Assembly (NCBI GenBank): GCA_018985225.1 | Contig: JADGIF010000304.1 | Coordinates: forward strand, 1-11,344 | Length of the DNA: 11,344 bases | Source of the DNA: Amoeboradix gromovi X-113 | Taxonomy: Eukaryota > Fungi > Sanchytriomycota | Direction: 5' to 3' | In this document: positions 1 to 9,000 of the stretch, piece by piece | Numbering within the stretch: the first letter of the stretch is position 1 | Layout of the letters: every line of letters begins with the position of its first letter | The notes under the pieces: generated by a model | The model's database searches: none | Seen by the model: the letters and a program-made list of their open reading frames with translations, nothing else | Told to the model about the DNA's origin: nothing | Translations under genes and position numbers: made by a program

Positions 1-10
1 TACTTGGAGT

Positions 11-162
11 ATGGGACACCAAATATAAAAACTAGACCAAGTCGTTTTTAAAGGAGGTACTCCATAAGGAGGAAATACTGTTATTAATAAAAGTCCTGCT
101 TCTTTCAAACCAATTTTCTTTCATAAATGTCATTCCTCTCTTTAAAATAAAACAGGATGACC
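11..162 (-). repeat. Copy A of a diverged repeat family (direct repeat of 11196-11344); remnant of minus-strand coding sequence, possibly a transposon end
   Basis: Hand alignment with 11196-11344 gives about 125/152 identical positions with one 3-nt gap. The minus frame reads SSCFILKRGMTFMKENWFERSRTFINNSISSLWSTSFKNDLV*FLYLVSH. Confidence 0.85.
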
Positions 163-451
163 CACTATCTCATTCAAATAAGGTCTTTGAGTGTAAGCAA
201 AAAGGTGCATTTTCCTAGACGATACTCTTTATCTGTTCCATTTTCCTTTTCTTCGTACCACCTTCTGTATAACTTATTTTTTGTTTTCTCTTCTTGTTAA
301 TTATTGTTTCTAAGAGTTTGATGGATGAAAAGCATTTTTACTAAAATAAGTTAATTGAACAGATTAATTTAATTTACTATCGGTTGATACACTTGAAATA
401 ACGATTCAAACTGTTTTAGAAAGTTAGGCAAGTTTTTATATTTGATGTCCC
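13..451. mobile_element. Putative degenerate non-autonomous DNA transposon (MITE-like) bounded by ~21-30 bp inverted repeats
   Basis: Inverted repeats 13-33 and 431-451 enclose a stop-interrupted minus-strand frame with two KKRK basic clusters. A second family copy starts at 11196. No target-site duplication or recognisable transposase motif was found. Confidence 0.3.
424..451 (+). repeat. Short inverted copy of the left end of the terminal repeat (candidate terminal inverted repeat)
   Basis: 431-451 AGTTTTTATATTTGATGTCCC is the reverse complement of 13-33 GGGACACCAAATATAAAAACT at 20/21 positions. The match extends a few more bases against copy B (CTAACT). Confidence 0.6.
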
Positions 452-617
452 TTTTGTTAGTCACTATTTTTACTGTGGGCGTTAAATTCATGCATCAGAT
501 TCCCAATTAAATTACGGTGAAATACTTTATACTGGGCTTTGCTCTTTAATAAGATTAGATGGTTTCGACTCGAGTTAAACATATTTTATAAAATATTTGT
601 TAAAACATTGTTTATGG

Positions 618-2618
618 ATGAAAAGCCTGATTCAAAAATCTGATATTTTGTTAATATACACCAAGTCTGGCTCCATCATAGGAATTAATAAAGACAACGG
701 ACGCGAGCAGTTTAGAAATCAGATATCTCCTTTGATTAATGTCAAATCATCAAAAGACACCTTGTATCACTACCAGCTGGATACAGATGGTAATCTTTTT
801 TATGGTACTGATGGTTACTTAGAAAAGTTGTCCTTAAATATGAGAGATTTGGTATTGCTGTCGCCCTCTAGAAATGGTCAAATCATAATCACAGGATCTG
901 TTGAAAACAGTTTTATAATGGTGAAAAATGGTCAAGTTAAGCCAGTAAATAATGCAAAGTGTATGGAAGACGGTATCACTGTCGGAATCAGCACTTATAA
1001 GGTTAGAATGCTTCACATAATCGATGACGTGTCTTGGGACCTTGTCTTCACAAAACTACATGGGCACGACAAGTTGGTTCAAAGTGACTTGGTAATAGAA
1101 AATAATCATCTGCACCACTCAAAATGGTCTTTTGAATTTGATGACGATATTATTGGGTATTTCGATGCCAAGGATAACGGTATTTTACATTACCAATTAG
1201 CAGGTCAAGAAAAATCGCCGTCTATATACAAACCCCCTCCTTCCTGTGAGATAAATAGCCCTTTTTATCCGAATTGTGCCCTCGTACCTTCAACAGAAGT
1301 ATTGATTCCTTCAAACGTGGAGTCAAATGATTCTTTAGTCTTAATATCCTTAATTGCAATATTCATGTTTGTGATTTTATATCGCAGAAATGTTCCTCAA
1401 CTGGTATTTTCACGAATTGTGGTTGCTAATTTTGAGATATCTTCAGCGTCAACAGAGTTTGCAGTTTCGCCGGATGTTCTGGGTAACGGCAGCAATGGTA
1501 CCATTGTTTTTCGAGGCACATTTAATAACAGACCTGTAGCAATAAAAAGAATGCTAAGAAACTTTCAAACATTAGCTGAACAGGAGGTAGAGCTGCTGAA
1601 GTCCGCTGATTTGCATGAAAACATCGTACGGATGTTTTTTCTTTCCAAAAACCTGAATTTCATTTTCCTTGTTCTTGAATTATGTGCAGGGCATTTGGAT
1701 CATTTTATTCAGCAACACTACATGTATGATGAAAAGTCTATAATGCTACAAATAACAAACGGACTTGGTTTCCTTCACTCTAAAAACATAATACATCGAG
1801 ACTTAAAACCCCTGAACATCTTGTATACCGATTCACTTGTGTTCAAGATTACTGATTTTGGGTTAGGAAAACAATTATTGAACAATAAATCATCATTTTC
1901 AACTATTTCATCGGGAACTAAAGGATGGCGATGTCCTGAAATTCTTAGGATGCTTGAAGACCCAGATTGGGAATTGCGGTTGACAAACAAAATAGATATA
2001 TTTGCGCTAGGTTGTTTATATCATTATATCTTAAGTCATGGCATACATCCATTTGGAAAACCGTTTGAGAGGGAGATGAACATTTTAATGGCAAAACCAG
2101 TGTTAAATTTGAGCAATTTGAATGAGAACGATAGCGCAGAATCTCATGATTTGATAACTATTATGACTTACGACGATTCTATCATAAGACCTGAAATATC
2201 AGTTATTAAGCAAAACTGCTTGTTTTGGTCTTTAAAATCCAAGTTGTCATTTGTCTGCAACTTAAGCAACAGACTGGAGACCGAAAACAGATCTTCCTCC
2301 TTATTATTGCAAGAGCTGGAGCTGCTATCTGTGCACTACAGAAACGATTGGTCTATATATATAGACCCTGGTTTGTTTTTATTTCTTAATGGATATAGAA
2401 CATATCATCCTCATTTAATTCAGGATTTGTTAAGATCCATTCGTAACTTAGTTAACCATTTTCAACAGCTGTCCAGCAGTGTTTATAGAATCTTGAGCGA
2501 TGATATTCAGCCCAACAATATCTGTGTTATCGAGTACTATCTCAAACATTTCCCTGATTTGATGTTAAAACTAGTTGAATATTCTCAGTCTGTTGGACTA
2601 TACCAAGATTGTTTGTAG
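618..2618 (+). CDS. IRE1: IRE1 ER-stress sensor: luminal domain, transmembrane helix, Ser/Thr kinase, KEN endoribonuclease
   Basis: Luminal beta-strand start (ILLIYTKSGSIIGINKDNG) and TM helix LVLISLIAIFMFVILY followed by RR. Kinase motifs: LGNGSNGTIVFRGTFNNRPVAIKRML, HRDLKPLNIL, ITDFGLGK, GTKGWRCPE, DIFALGC, HPFG. KEN motif: YRTY...DLLRSIRNLVNHF. The first in-frame ATG is 618 (the ORF track opens at TTG 597); the true 5' end is uncertain. Confidence 0.95.
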   Translation: MKSLIQKSDILLIYTKSGSIIGINKDNGREQFRNQISPLINVKSSKDTLYHYQLDTDGNLFYGTDGYLEKLSLNMRDLVLLSPSRNGQIIITGSVENSFIMVKNGQVKPVNNAKCMEDGITVGISTYKVRMLHIIDDVSWDLVFTKLHGHDKLVQSDLVIENNHLHHSKWSFEFDDDIIGYFDAKDNGILHYQLAGQEKSPSIYKPPPSCEINSPFYPNCALVPSTEVLIPSNVESNDSLVLISLIAIFMFVILYRRNVPQLVFSRIVVANFEISSASTEFAVSPDVLGNGSNGTIVFRGTFNNRPVAIKRMLRNFQTLAEQEVELLKSADLHENIVRMFFLSKNLNFIFLVLELCAGHLDHFIQQHYMYDEKSIMLQITNGLGFLHSKNIIHRDLKPLNILYTDSLVFKITDFGLGKQLLNNKSSFSTISSGTKGWRCPEILRMLEDPDWELRLTNKIDIFALGCLYHYILSHGIHPFGKPFEREMNILMAKPVLNLSNLNENDSAESHDLITIMTYDDSIIRPEISVIKQNCLFWSLKSKLSFVCNLSNRLETENRSSSLLLQELELLSVHYRNDWSIYIDPGLFLFLNGYRTYHPHLIQDLLRSIRNLVNHFQQLSSSVYRILSDDIQPNNICVIEYYLKHFPDLMLKLVEYSQSVGLYQDCL

Positions 2619-3185
2619 TGTACGAGTGGTTCATAACTTTTTGGCTATAGTAAGTTCTCGGTTTCATTAAGTAAATCATTTATCGCGATTGCATAAGCTA
2701 TATTGCTGCAATATATTTGCTTTCAGAATTTGTATCTTCATAAAACAATATCTTCAGAGACCGGTCGGAAATGAAGTTTAAAGAAAGAGATTGATATCGT
2801 GGCCATACTTCTTGCGACCTTGCTCGATAAGTTAGTTATCATTTGACTAATGTGGAATCATGGTAGATATACAAGATTATACGCAGGGTAGGTAACACCA
2901 AGCTACTTTGAACGTCATATAAATGCTACCGAAATCTCTTCCTGGCGCCGAAAGGCATCTGATGTTCCATTCTTGGAAAAGCTCTTGAGTTTTGATAAAG
3001 GTGTTCAAGATCATAGGCTTTGATCAGCTCATAATCCACGGAAAAGGACATTTTTCGAGTTTTATGCTATTTGAAGTATTTGAAAGAAAGAATTACATAA
3101 AAATAAAACAACATAATCCTGATCAACGGTTTATTCAACCGAAGTTTTATGCTGTCTCATATTTGGCTACTTTGTCAAATTAATG

Positions 3186-5024
3186 TTATTTACTAACAGC
3201 CACTGATCCGGGTTCAATTCCGATAACTTTGCCATTTTCCCTTCTTAACCAGTTGCTGCTCATTGTAATCAGTCCTTCAGAGTAGCCACTCAACATTTTT
3301 AAATCTTCTATGATTAAATCCCCAAAATATTCGTGCTTTGCAATGCCGTGATTCACTAGATGGCCTAGAGTAATGCACTTCCTATCGTTTATTGTAATAA
3401 TGTGTACTTTGTCTAATACTAAAGAGTATATGAAGCTGCAATAAACAGACTGAATGGGCCCAATTTTAAGCGGGAATTCCCATTTGCCATGAATAAAGAT
3501 AGGATGGTATGGAGTAATGAAGAAACCAACATCAACCATCTCCACATAGCTTTCAATCTTGGTTCTTACAATGCATTCAATTACGGCACCATTGTCAAGC
3601 ACATCACCCTTTGCTAACTCTCGTACTAGTTTGAATGAGTCCATTAGTTTTACAACTCCATCTCCACAAAAGCAAGGATTTCCGCTGTTATAATAATTGC
3701 TCATGGATACGGTGCTCACATTAGAAGAGCTGCTAGGCTTTGGAGGAGGTAATTTCAAAAAAACCTGTTCAATTTCGTTCTGCAGTTGTTTAAACAGTGT
3801 GTGACTGTAAATTTGTACACCTGGATCCTTGAAATTGTTAGTTATCTGGTTGGAATGTGCCAGGTGTAGAGAAAGCAAATAATGCTGTCCCCATTTAGTG
3901 AACCAGTCTGCTCGACTTATAGCTTGATGGACCTGGCCATTCAAATCTTTCAATAAGCCTGTAACCATCTCAGAAGAATGCAGCTGATTAATCTCGGAGA
4001 TGGCAGATTTCAACGATCTCAGAGCCCCATCATAGTCAGATTGCTTACAGAGCGAGTATGACTGAAAGATGGCTTTAACTGTGATTAACCGAGCCAAGTC
4101 TTCAAATGAAGCATCTGTAGCTGTCGCAGTACAAGATATAGATTTATTATCGAAATGCAGAGTGGCGTTCGAGATTTTACCTTTGATTAGAACAGACTTG
4201 GATTGGCCAGAAATTATGCTTCCCATATTGCATTTATACCCCCAGCTGTTTTTGATAGCATAGTTGTTTAAACATATAGGATCCCATATAGTGTCTGATG
4301 TAGTGATATCAACAACACAATGCTGAGCAATAGTAGTAAAACAGGCAGCAATAGAGTTTATAAAGATAGTGCCGACCATGCTAGAGTCAGGAATAAAAGA
4401 AAAAGAACCATTTCCTAGAACCGCAAGATCGTATAGCAATTTAGAATCGAGATTATAGCCAAAACCAAAAGTGTTAACCGTGCAGTTCAGGTTTTCAGTA
4501 TCTATGTACTGTTTGAACGCTTGCAATTCACCACGGGGAGGGCTCACATTTGGCAAGCCATCTGTAAGAATAAATAATGATTTGTTCAACGAATCGCTTT
4601 TTTTCAAGACTCCTAATCCAGTAATTAAACCATCATATAAATTTGTGGAGCCACCAAGACATAGATTCTCAATACTTGAGATTATCATATCTTTGTCGGA
4701 GCAATGGTCAAGTATTAGTGTAGCTCTGTCGTCAAAGGAAACTAGAGAAAATGAGTCTAGTTTTGTCAAAGATTTTGCAATAGTTTTTAATGCATGCTTT
4801 ACGACATCGAGTATATTAAGACCACTAGATTCAGAGCCTGTGCCTGTTTTAATTTCTGCGGCACTACCCATGGATCCAGATACATCAACGCAAGCAACAA
4901 TGTCAGCACCCAATTGACGGACAAGATTGTTTGGAGGTATTACAGATATCTGGGTGTATTCTTTATTATATACAGCAGCTAACTTAATATCTTTTTCTAT
5001 GATTTCAAATTCCAATTCAGACAT
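3186..5024 (-). CDS. vWA + Vwaint + Hint (Vint-type, hedgehog/intein-like) domain protein, 612 aa
   Basis: MIDAS elements DVSGS, GGSTN and LTDG, with TFGFGY/LDSKLL and FIPD typical of vWA. Vwaint region WFTKWGQHYLLSL..AH..Q..NNFKDPGVQ, then a Pro/Ser linker. Hint start YYNSGNPCF (Cys451), block B ITPYHPI, terminal YSLVL...CITLGH...HEYFG. Confidence 0.9.
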   Translation of the reverse strand: MSELEFEIIEKDIKLAAVYNKEYTQISVIPPNNLVRQLGADIVACVDVSGSMGSAAEIKTGTGSESSGLNILDVVKHALKTIAKSLTKLDSFSLVSFDDRATLILDHCSDKDMIISSIENLCLGGSTNLYDGLITGLGVLKKSDSLNKSLFILTDGLPNVSPPRGELQAFKQYIDTENLNCTVNTFGFGYNLDSKLLYDLAVLGNGSFSFIPDSSMVGTIFINSIAACFTTIAQHCVVDITTSDTIWDPICLNNYAIKNSWGYKCNMGSIISGQSKSVLIKGKISNATLHFDNKSISCTATATDASFEDLARLITVKAIFQSYSLCKQSDYDGALRSLKSAISEINQLHSSEMVTGLLKDLNGQVHQAISRADWFTKWGQHYLLSLHLAHSNQITNNFKDPGVQIYSHTLFKQLQNEIEQVFLKLPPPKPSSSSNVSTVSMSNYYNSGNPCFCGDGVVKLMDSFKLVRELAKGDVLDNGAVIECIVRTKIESYVEMVDVGFFITPYHPIFIHGKWEFPLKIGPIQSVYCSFIYSLVLDKVHIITINDRKCITLGHLVNHGIAKHEYFGDLIIEDLKMLSGYSEGLITMSSNWLRRENGKVIGIEPGSVAVSK

Positions 5025-5178
5025 TTTGTTTCGAGGAAGCCTACGCTAACGTCACGATCCATTTTAGCATATCCGGTGTTAATTATCCCGAATTCTGGAT
5101 TTTTGCAAGTTAGTGATGGCTTTTAAATAAAATAACATAGAATTTAAGAATTCATCATTAGGGACAAACATTGGAGCC
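5025..5178. promoter_or_regulatory. 154-bp divergent promoter region between the vWA-Hint and uL24m genes
   Basis: Head-to-head start codons at 5024 (-) and 5179 (+). Function is inferred from position only. Confidence 0.5.
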
Positions 5179-5991
5179 ATGGTGTTGAAAGTTAGAAGCG
5201 TTGCAAAATCACCAAAATCTTACGGGTTTAAATTAGGGATGCCTCAGGCGAAATTTAGAAAAACTCCAGGTAGTAATATACGTTCCCAAGCATTCGCGGA
5301 TGCAAGAGGTCCTCCGGTAATTACTTCTAAAAATACAAAACTGTCAAAAGGTTTATTCGAGTTCAAATCCAAGGTCAAGGTGCCTAAAGACCAATTTATA
5401 TCCGCTAAAGAATGGCAATTCTATCTGGGTGATATCGTAGAAGTAGTTAAAGGTCGATTAGTTGATCCAAAACACAAGACTTTTAGTGAAAGTTCCATGC
5501 TACTGCCAGCTAACAGACAAGGTAAGGTGATAGAAATGGATTATAGCCGCAATCTTTTGAGAGTAGAAGGAATCTATAAGTCTCACAAGAAATATCCTGC
5601 CTCACCTTTCATGAAAACTGCTATTGCTGATTTGCACCACTATATTCCTTACTCAGACTTAGCTATTGTTGATCCTACAACGAAGAAACCTACGGATATT
5701 GTTTGGAAGCGCATGCCACGTAAAAATCCTGAGGACGTTTATTACAAACCATCACCAGCAGACTTAAAAGGTAAAGTATGGAAACGTGTTGCTACGGGTA
5801 CAAATGCCATCATACCACTCCCTGATATGCACAAAAACAGAAATCTAAAAGATGAAGATAACACATCAGACACCAAGGCCAAGAAGTCAGCATATACTTG
5901 CACTAGTGCAGATATAAATACTTCATTCAACTCCAAAAATAAGAGCAGCGACATTCACGCTGACTGCCAAGTTGTGCGGGGCCATTATTAA
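5179..5991 (+). CDS. MRPL24: Mitochondrial large-subunit ribosomal protein uL24m (MRPL24 / yeast MrpL40-like, KOW domain)
   Basis: KOW motif W.FYLGDIVEVVKG...GKVIEMDYSRNLLRVEGI. IPYSDLAIVDPTTKKPT and KRVATGTNAIIPLP match the uL24 C-terminal part. The basic, Ser-rich N-terminal extension is poor in acidic residues, consistent with a mitochondrial presequence. Confidence 0.8.
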   Translation: MVLKVRSVAKSPKSYGFKLGMPQAKFRKTPGSNIRSQAFADARGPPVITSKNTKLSKGLFEFKSKVKVPKDQFISAKEWQFYLGDIVEVVKGRLVDPKHKTFSESSMLLPANRQGKVIEMDYSRNLLRVEGIYKSHKKYPASPFMKTAIADLHHYIPYSDLAIVDPTTKKPTDIVWKRMPRKNPEDVYYKPSPADLKGKVWKRVATGTNAIIPLPDMHKNRNLKDEDNTSDTKAKKSAYTCTSADINTSFNSKNKSSDIHADCQVVRGHY

Positions 5992-6006
5992 TAAAAAATA
6001 TTTATT
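5990..6006. terminator. Back-to-back AATAAA polyadenylation signals overlapping the stop codons of the convergent uL24m and Leu fusion genes
   Basis: AATAAA at 5990-5995 (+) overlaps TAA 5989-5991. TTTATT at 6001-6006 is AATAAA on the minus strand and overlaps TGA 6008-6006. Only 14 bp separate the two stops. Confidence 0.6.
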
Positions 6007-9000
6007 CACCAGTTCAGCTGTTCTTTGTTGTCACACCCCACTTCATCTTTCCTATGAATTTTAGACTCTAGAACTGGATCAACCTGATGCTGGAATTGAC
6101 GCGGCGGACATTTTTCCATCTTTAGACCGTCCATTGCAGCCCTAAACATATTGTTACCATAATCCTTATAAAGTTCAGTAACCCCTCCAACTTTTAACAA
6201 CGATTCTTCCATCTTAGATAACTCGAATGTAAACTCAATTGGCTTATCCAATAATGCCCCCTCTTCACTAAATCTGTGTACTCTAACCACCTTTTTTCCT
6301 ACATCAATCTCTAGCTCCCCACCCTGCTGAATCTGGTAAAAGTCCTCATCAGTAATTTTAATCCCAAGTAATCCCATATTTGGTTGATTTCTGGCATAAA
6401 TAAACGCGTAACTCTTTGCGATTACTGCATAACACCCTGCACCTTTAATCGCTCTCGGTGCTTCCTCCCTGCTACTTCCAGATCCAAAGCCCAGACCAGC
6501 TACAATTATTTTATAGCCGTTCTTTGCCAGTTCTCTAAAATCTGGTTTAACATACTCAAAGCAATGAGTTCCTAAATCTAAATCGCTTGTGCCAGGCATA
6601 AATTCAGCTGGTATTACTGCATCAGTATCAATATGATCTCCAAATCTTTGAACTTTTGACCTAAAAACTACACTTGTAGCCTTTTCTGGATTAGAATGGC
6701 TTTCAGTTACATCAGTAGGTGTAGCAAGAAGGGAAGATGAGAAGTTAGGTTCTTGGTAGAAAATGTTATTTAAAACTTCATCTTGCCAGGCCTTCATTAG
6801 CAATTTATATTTTTTTTTATCAATTCCATTGAGGTACACCATTGGATCCACCACTTTCATTTCAATTGCTGATGCAGCACACGTAGCAGCACTTGCTAGG
6901 TTGGCAATCGACCCTTTTCCCATTCGATTTCTAAAATTTCTATTTTGACTGCTTAACCATACTTGTCCTTCCCCTGCTTTATCAGCTGCAATTCCTAAGC
7001 AGTAGCTACACCCAGGACTTCCAATTTCAAATCCAGCTTTCTCATAAATCTCAATTAGTCCCAGCTTCCTCAGCTTGGCTAATATCATCACTGAACCAGG
7101 AGTTACCTTTCTAATGCCTTTGATTGATTTAAAGCCCGATTTCATTGCAGATTCTAACACTAATGCGCCTAATATCAAATCCTCTTCTCCCGTAGTACAA
7201 GCACCAATAAAAACACCATCAAGTTTCATTCCCAGTGCCTGAGGATCGCTGCATTCTACTACATTATCAGGCGACGGATATAAAGCTATTAAACTGTTAA
7301 CTAAACTCAAATCAATAGTGAACGATGCTGCGTAAGTACAGTTTTTATCTGGTTGCATATAATTGGCATCCTTGTTTCTAAAGGATTTGTTAGCCCTGTT
7401 TTCAATATAGCTGTATGTGATAGAATCAGGACATACACAGGCAGCAATTCCACCAAATTCTGTAGTCATATTCGCAATTGCAAATCGAGCATCTGCACTG
7501 AGGTACTGTAGTCCAGGTCCAGTATACTCTACGCATCGCTCATGTGCAACTGTATTTCTCTTCAAAGTACCCAACACGTACAAAATTACATCCTTTCCAC
7601 CTATCCCGAATTTAGGAGAGTTTATAAACTTGATCTCCAATACTTCAGGAACAGTAAGCCATGTCTCTCCAGTTACCAAAGGCATAACTACATCCGCTGC
7701 ACCCATTCCGGCACTAAAATTTCCTAAGCCACCACTGCTGCAGGAATGACTATCGGCACCTATAATGATTTGTCCAGGTAGTGCGCGCTGTCTATAAAAC
7801 TCAGTATGTAGAATAGTTTGATTAGGGCCATAAAAATCAGTCAAGTTAGCCTCTTTAGCAAACTCGGTAGACGCTTTAATAAGCGACTTCGGTTTCTCTA
7901 GATGGTTTATAGAAGGATCAACAGTATGATCAATAGCTAGCCAGAATCTGTCATTTCTATGAATTGGGGGTCTCTTCATCACGTCAAATGTTTTTTCCAT
8001 GCCCTTCCAAGTCAATTCGCTTGCCAAGGTCCAGTCCACTCTAACGTTGATAACTTGTCCAGGCTTTATATCTACATTGCCGATGGCGTGATCTAGCAAG
8101 ATCTTGTAAGTAAGATTCATGGGCTTTTGTATCTTCATGGCTACAAGGACAGCATTGGCCACTTCTTGTAAAGTGTGCTTTCCGCCAAGATCAGCAGTCA
8201 TAATTCCTTGCTTTAAGCATTGCTCAACAGCATTGCATAGTTTATTGCTGGTGGTTATATCATTAAATGAGTGCTGGAACATTAGCGCGACACTTAGAAT
8301 TGTTCCGATAGGATTACATATATTCATTCCGGCAATATCCGGAGCGCATCCATGTATTGGTTCGTATAAACCCTTGCATGGAGGCACCCCACATAATGAA
8401 GCACTAGGCAAACATCCAATACTACCACATAAAACACTCATTTCGTCGCTTAATATATCACCGAATAAGTTGGTAGTGAGCAACACCCCCTCTAGTTTGC
8501 TAGTATTTTTTATTAAGTGCATTGCGGCTGCATCAACAAGACATGTTTCAATCTTAACTGTCGGAAAATTGGATTGAATCGTTTCGGTAGCAATCTTACG
8601 AAAAAATTTAGAAGAGCTTAGCACATTGGCTTTGTCAATTATGATAACCTTTTGACCATCTTGGTGAGCAATTTTGCCTGCTAACAGAGCCACACGAGTG
8701 ATATCCTCTTTCGTATAGCGCATAACATCCAATGCCTCATTCTCGTCAGATCTCCGATCACCAAAGTAAATACCGCTACATAACTCCCTAACCATTAGCA
8801 TATATCCCACCTGAAAGTTTTTGATGGGGCTTAGCCCTTGAAGGTATTTGATATTTGGAATCATTCGTAAATTGCCATAGCATTGCATGTCTTTTCTTAG
8901 TGCCAGTAAGCCAGCCTCACCACCATCTCCAACTGCTCCAAGTAATACTGCATCGCATTTCGCAACAAATTCTTGAGTGTGCTGTGGATAGCCAGTTCCG

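Noticed and set aside
3-45. Alternative minus frame LVFIFGVPYSK resembling the Tc1/IS630 'PYSP' motif
   Set aside because: The match is too short, the frame has stops just upstream, and the substitution pattern between copies supports a different frame.
834-1990. Short minus ORFs 834-1016 and 1775-1990 (likewise 5742-5954, 9209-9424 and 10209-10400)
   Set aside because: Short, antisense to conserved genes and without motifs.
2940-2975. Hammerhead-like GAAA...CTGATG segment
   Set aside because: The core would need CUGANGA but reads CTGATGT, and I could not build the three stems.
3186-3674. True self-splicing intein in the vWA protein
   Set aside because: There is no terminal His-Asn followed by Cys/Ser/Thr and no homing endonuclease. 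The domain fits a Vint-type Hint instead.
4069-4982. Plus-strand ORFs 4069-4263, 4471-4917 and 4794-4982
   Set aside because: Antisense shadows of the vWA-Hint gene with no recognisable motifs.
5047-5058. TGACGT (CRE/UPRE-like core) on the minus strand near an IRE1 locus
   Set aside because: A single 6-mer is expected by chance, and it is not upstream of IRE1.
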